Positions 62,647-64,000 of a stretch of 64,000 nucleotides of DNA are shown here, piece by piece (position 1 is the first letter of the stretch; the number at the start of each line of letters is the position of its first letter). Origin of the DNA: Mobula hypostoma (taxonomy: Eukaryota); the NCBI RefSeq assembly GCF_963921235.1, contig NC_086097.1, positions 243,166,001 through 243,230,000 on the forward strand, read 5' to 3'. Position numbers and translations under genes: made by a program. A model generated the notes under the pieces. That model was not told the DNA's origin. It saw only the letters and a program-made list of their open reading frames with translations, and searched no databases.

Positions 62647-63099
62647 ACTGGAGGAATTCAGCTGGTCAGGTAGCAATAAACAGGAATAAACAATCGACTT
62701 CTCAGGTTAAGACCCAATTAAGACACAACCCATACATCTCCCCCCACCACTCTCTAATTCTGGCTTTGTCCCCCTTCTTTTCCAGTCCTGATGAAGGGTC
62801 TCAGTCCAGACTGTTTATTTATTTCCATAGACACTGCCTAGCCTGCTGAGTTTCTCCAGTATTTCATATGTGTTGTAATGTTTTATGTTCTATGTCCTAT
62901 GATCCAAAAGTTAAAAGTACTGAACTATTTAAAATATCATCAAATGAACCCTGAACAAACTAAAAGTAGGTAGAGATTATGCCATTCATGGAAGAAAGGG
63001 GAATTGGAAATATTTAACAGATCACGAAGGGTTAATGTTTCAGGTCAAAACCCTTCATCAGAACTAACAAATGTCTTCAGTGCAAAATGTTAATTTTAC

Positions 63100-64000
63100 A
63101 AAGAACATAGAATGGTACAGCACAGTAAGGCCCTTCATTGAGTTGACCCTTAAACCCTGCCTCCCATATAACCGCCCATCTTAAATTCCTCCATATACCT
63201 GTCCAGTAGTCTCTTAAATTTCACTAGTGTATCTGCCTCCACCACTGACGCAGGCAGTGAATTCCATGCACCAACCACTCTCTGAGTGGAAAAACCTTCC
63301 TCTAAAATCCCCCTTGAACTTCTCACCCCTTACCTTAAAGCCATGTTCTCTTGTATTGAGCAGTGGTGCCCTGTGGAAGAGGCGCTGGCTGTTCACTCTA
63401 TCTATTCCTCTTAATATCTTGTACACCTCTATCATGTCTCCTCTCATCATCCTCCTCTCCAAAGAGTAAAGCCCTAGCTCCCTTAATCTCTGATCATAAT
63501 GCATACTCTCTAAACCAGGCAACATCCTGGTAAATCTCCTCTGAAAACCTTCCAATGCTTCCACATCCTTCCTATAGTGAGGTGACCAGAAGTGGACACA
63601 GTACTCCAAGTGTGGCCTAACCAGAGTTTTATAGAGCTGCATCATTACCTCACGACTCTTAAACTCTATCCCTCGACTTATGAAAGCTAACACACCATAA
63701 GCTTTCTTAACTACCCTATCTACCTGTGAGGCAACTTGTAGGGATCTGTGGACATGTACCCCCAGATCAACTCTGCTCCTCCACACTACCAAGTATCCTG
63801 CCATTTACTTTGTACTCTGCCTTGGAGTTTGTCCTTCCAAAGTGTATCACCTCACATTTCTCCGGGTTGATCTCCATCTGCCACTTCTCAGCCCACTTCT
63901 GCATCCTATCAATGTCACTCTGCAACCTTCGACAATCTTCTACCCTATCCACAACACCACCAACCTTTGTGTCAACTGCAAACTTGCCAACCCACCCTTC
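63100..64000 (-). mobile_element. CR1 3' portion (same family as 36882-39950), runs off the window
   Basis: High similarity to 36890-37806. Confidence 0.92.

Overview
A repeat-saturated vertebrate window. The repeat families (CR1 LINEs, Penelope pLTRs, V-SINE/HE1-like SINEs) point to a cartilaginous fish, probably a ray; this is inference. I found one protein-coding host gene, on the minus strand: a 4-exon, 297-aa secreted TNF-receptor decoy of the TNFRSF6B/DcR3 type. Its coding exons are 44826-44840, 19550-19919, 15827-16009 and 10057-10382, and it has a CpG-rich promoter with a consensus NF-kB site and a 24.9-kb first intron. Most of the rest is nested retroelements. These include a 14-kb internally scrambled Gypsy provirus with a CCTA target-site duplication (TSD), young CR1 LINEs (two share the same 385-nt RT deletion) and a nearly intact Penelope element. 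There are also many Penelope pLTR fragments carrying minimal hammerhead ribozymes, an RTE LINE, SINEs, a solo LTR, and a small non-autonomous LTR element with Tf1/sushi-type self-priming complementarity. The most notable signals are that self-priming mini-LTR element, the RT-deleted CR1 subfamily, a UUUAAAC -1 frameshift motif at CR1 ORF1/ORF2 junctions, and intact sense-strand hammerheads in intron 1 of the decoy-receptor gene. All calls were made by eye; no database searches were run.
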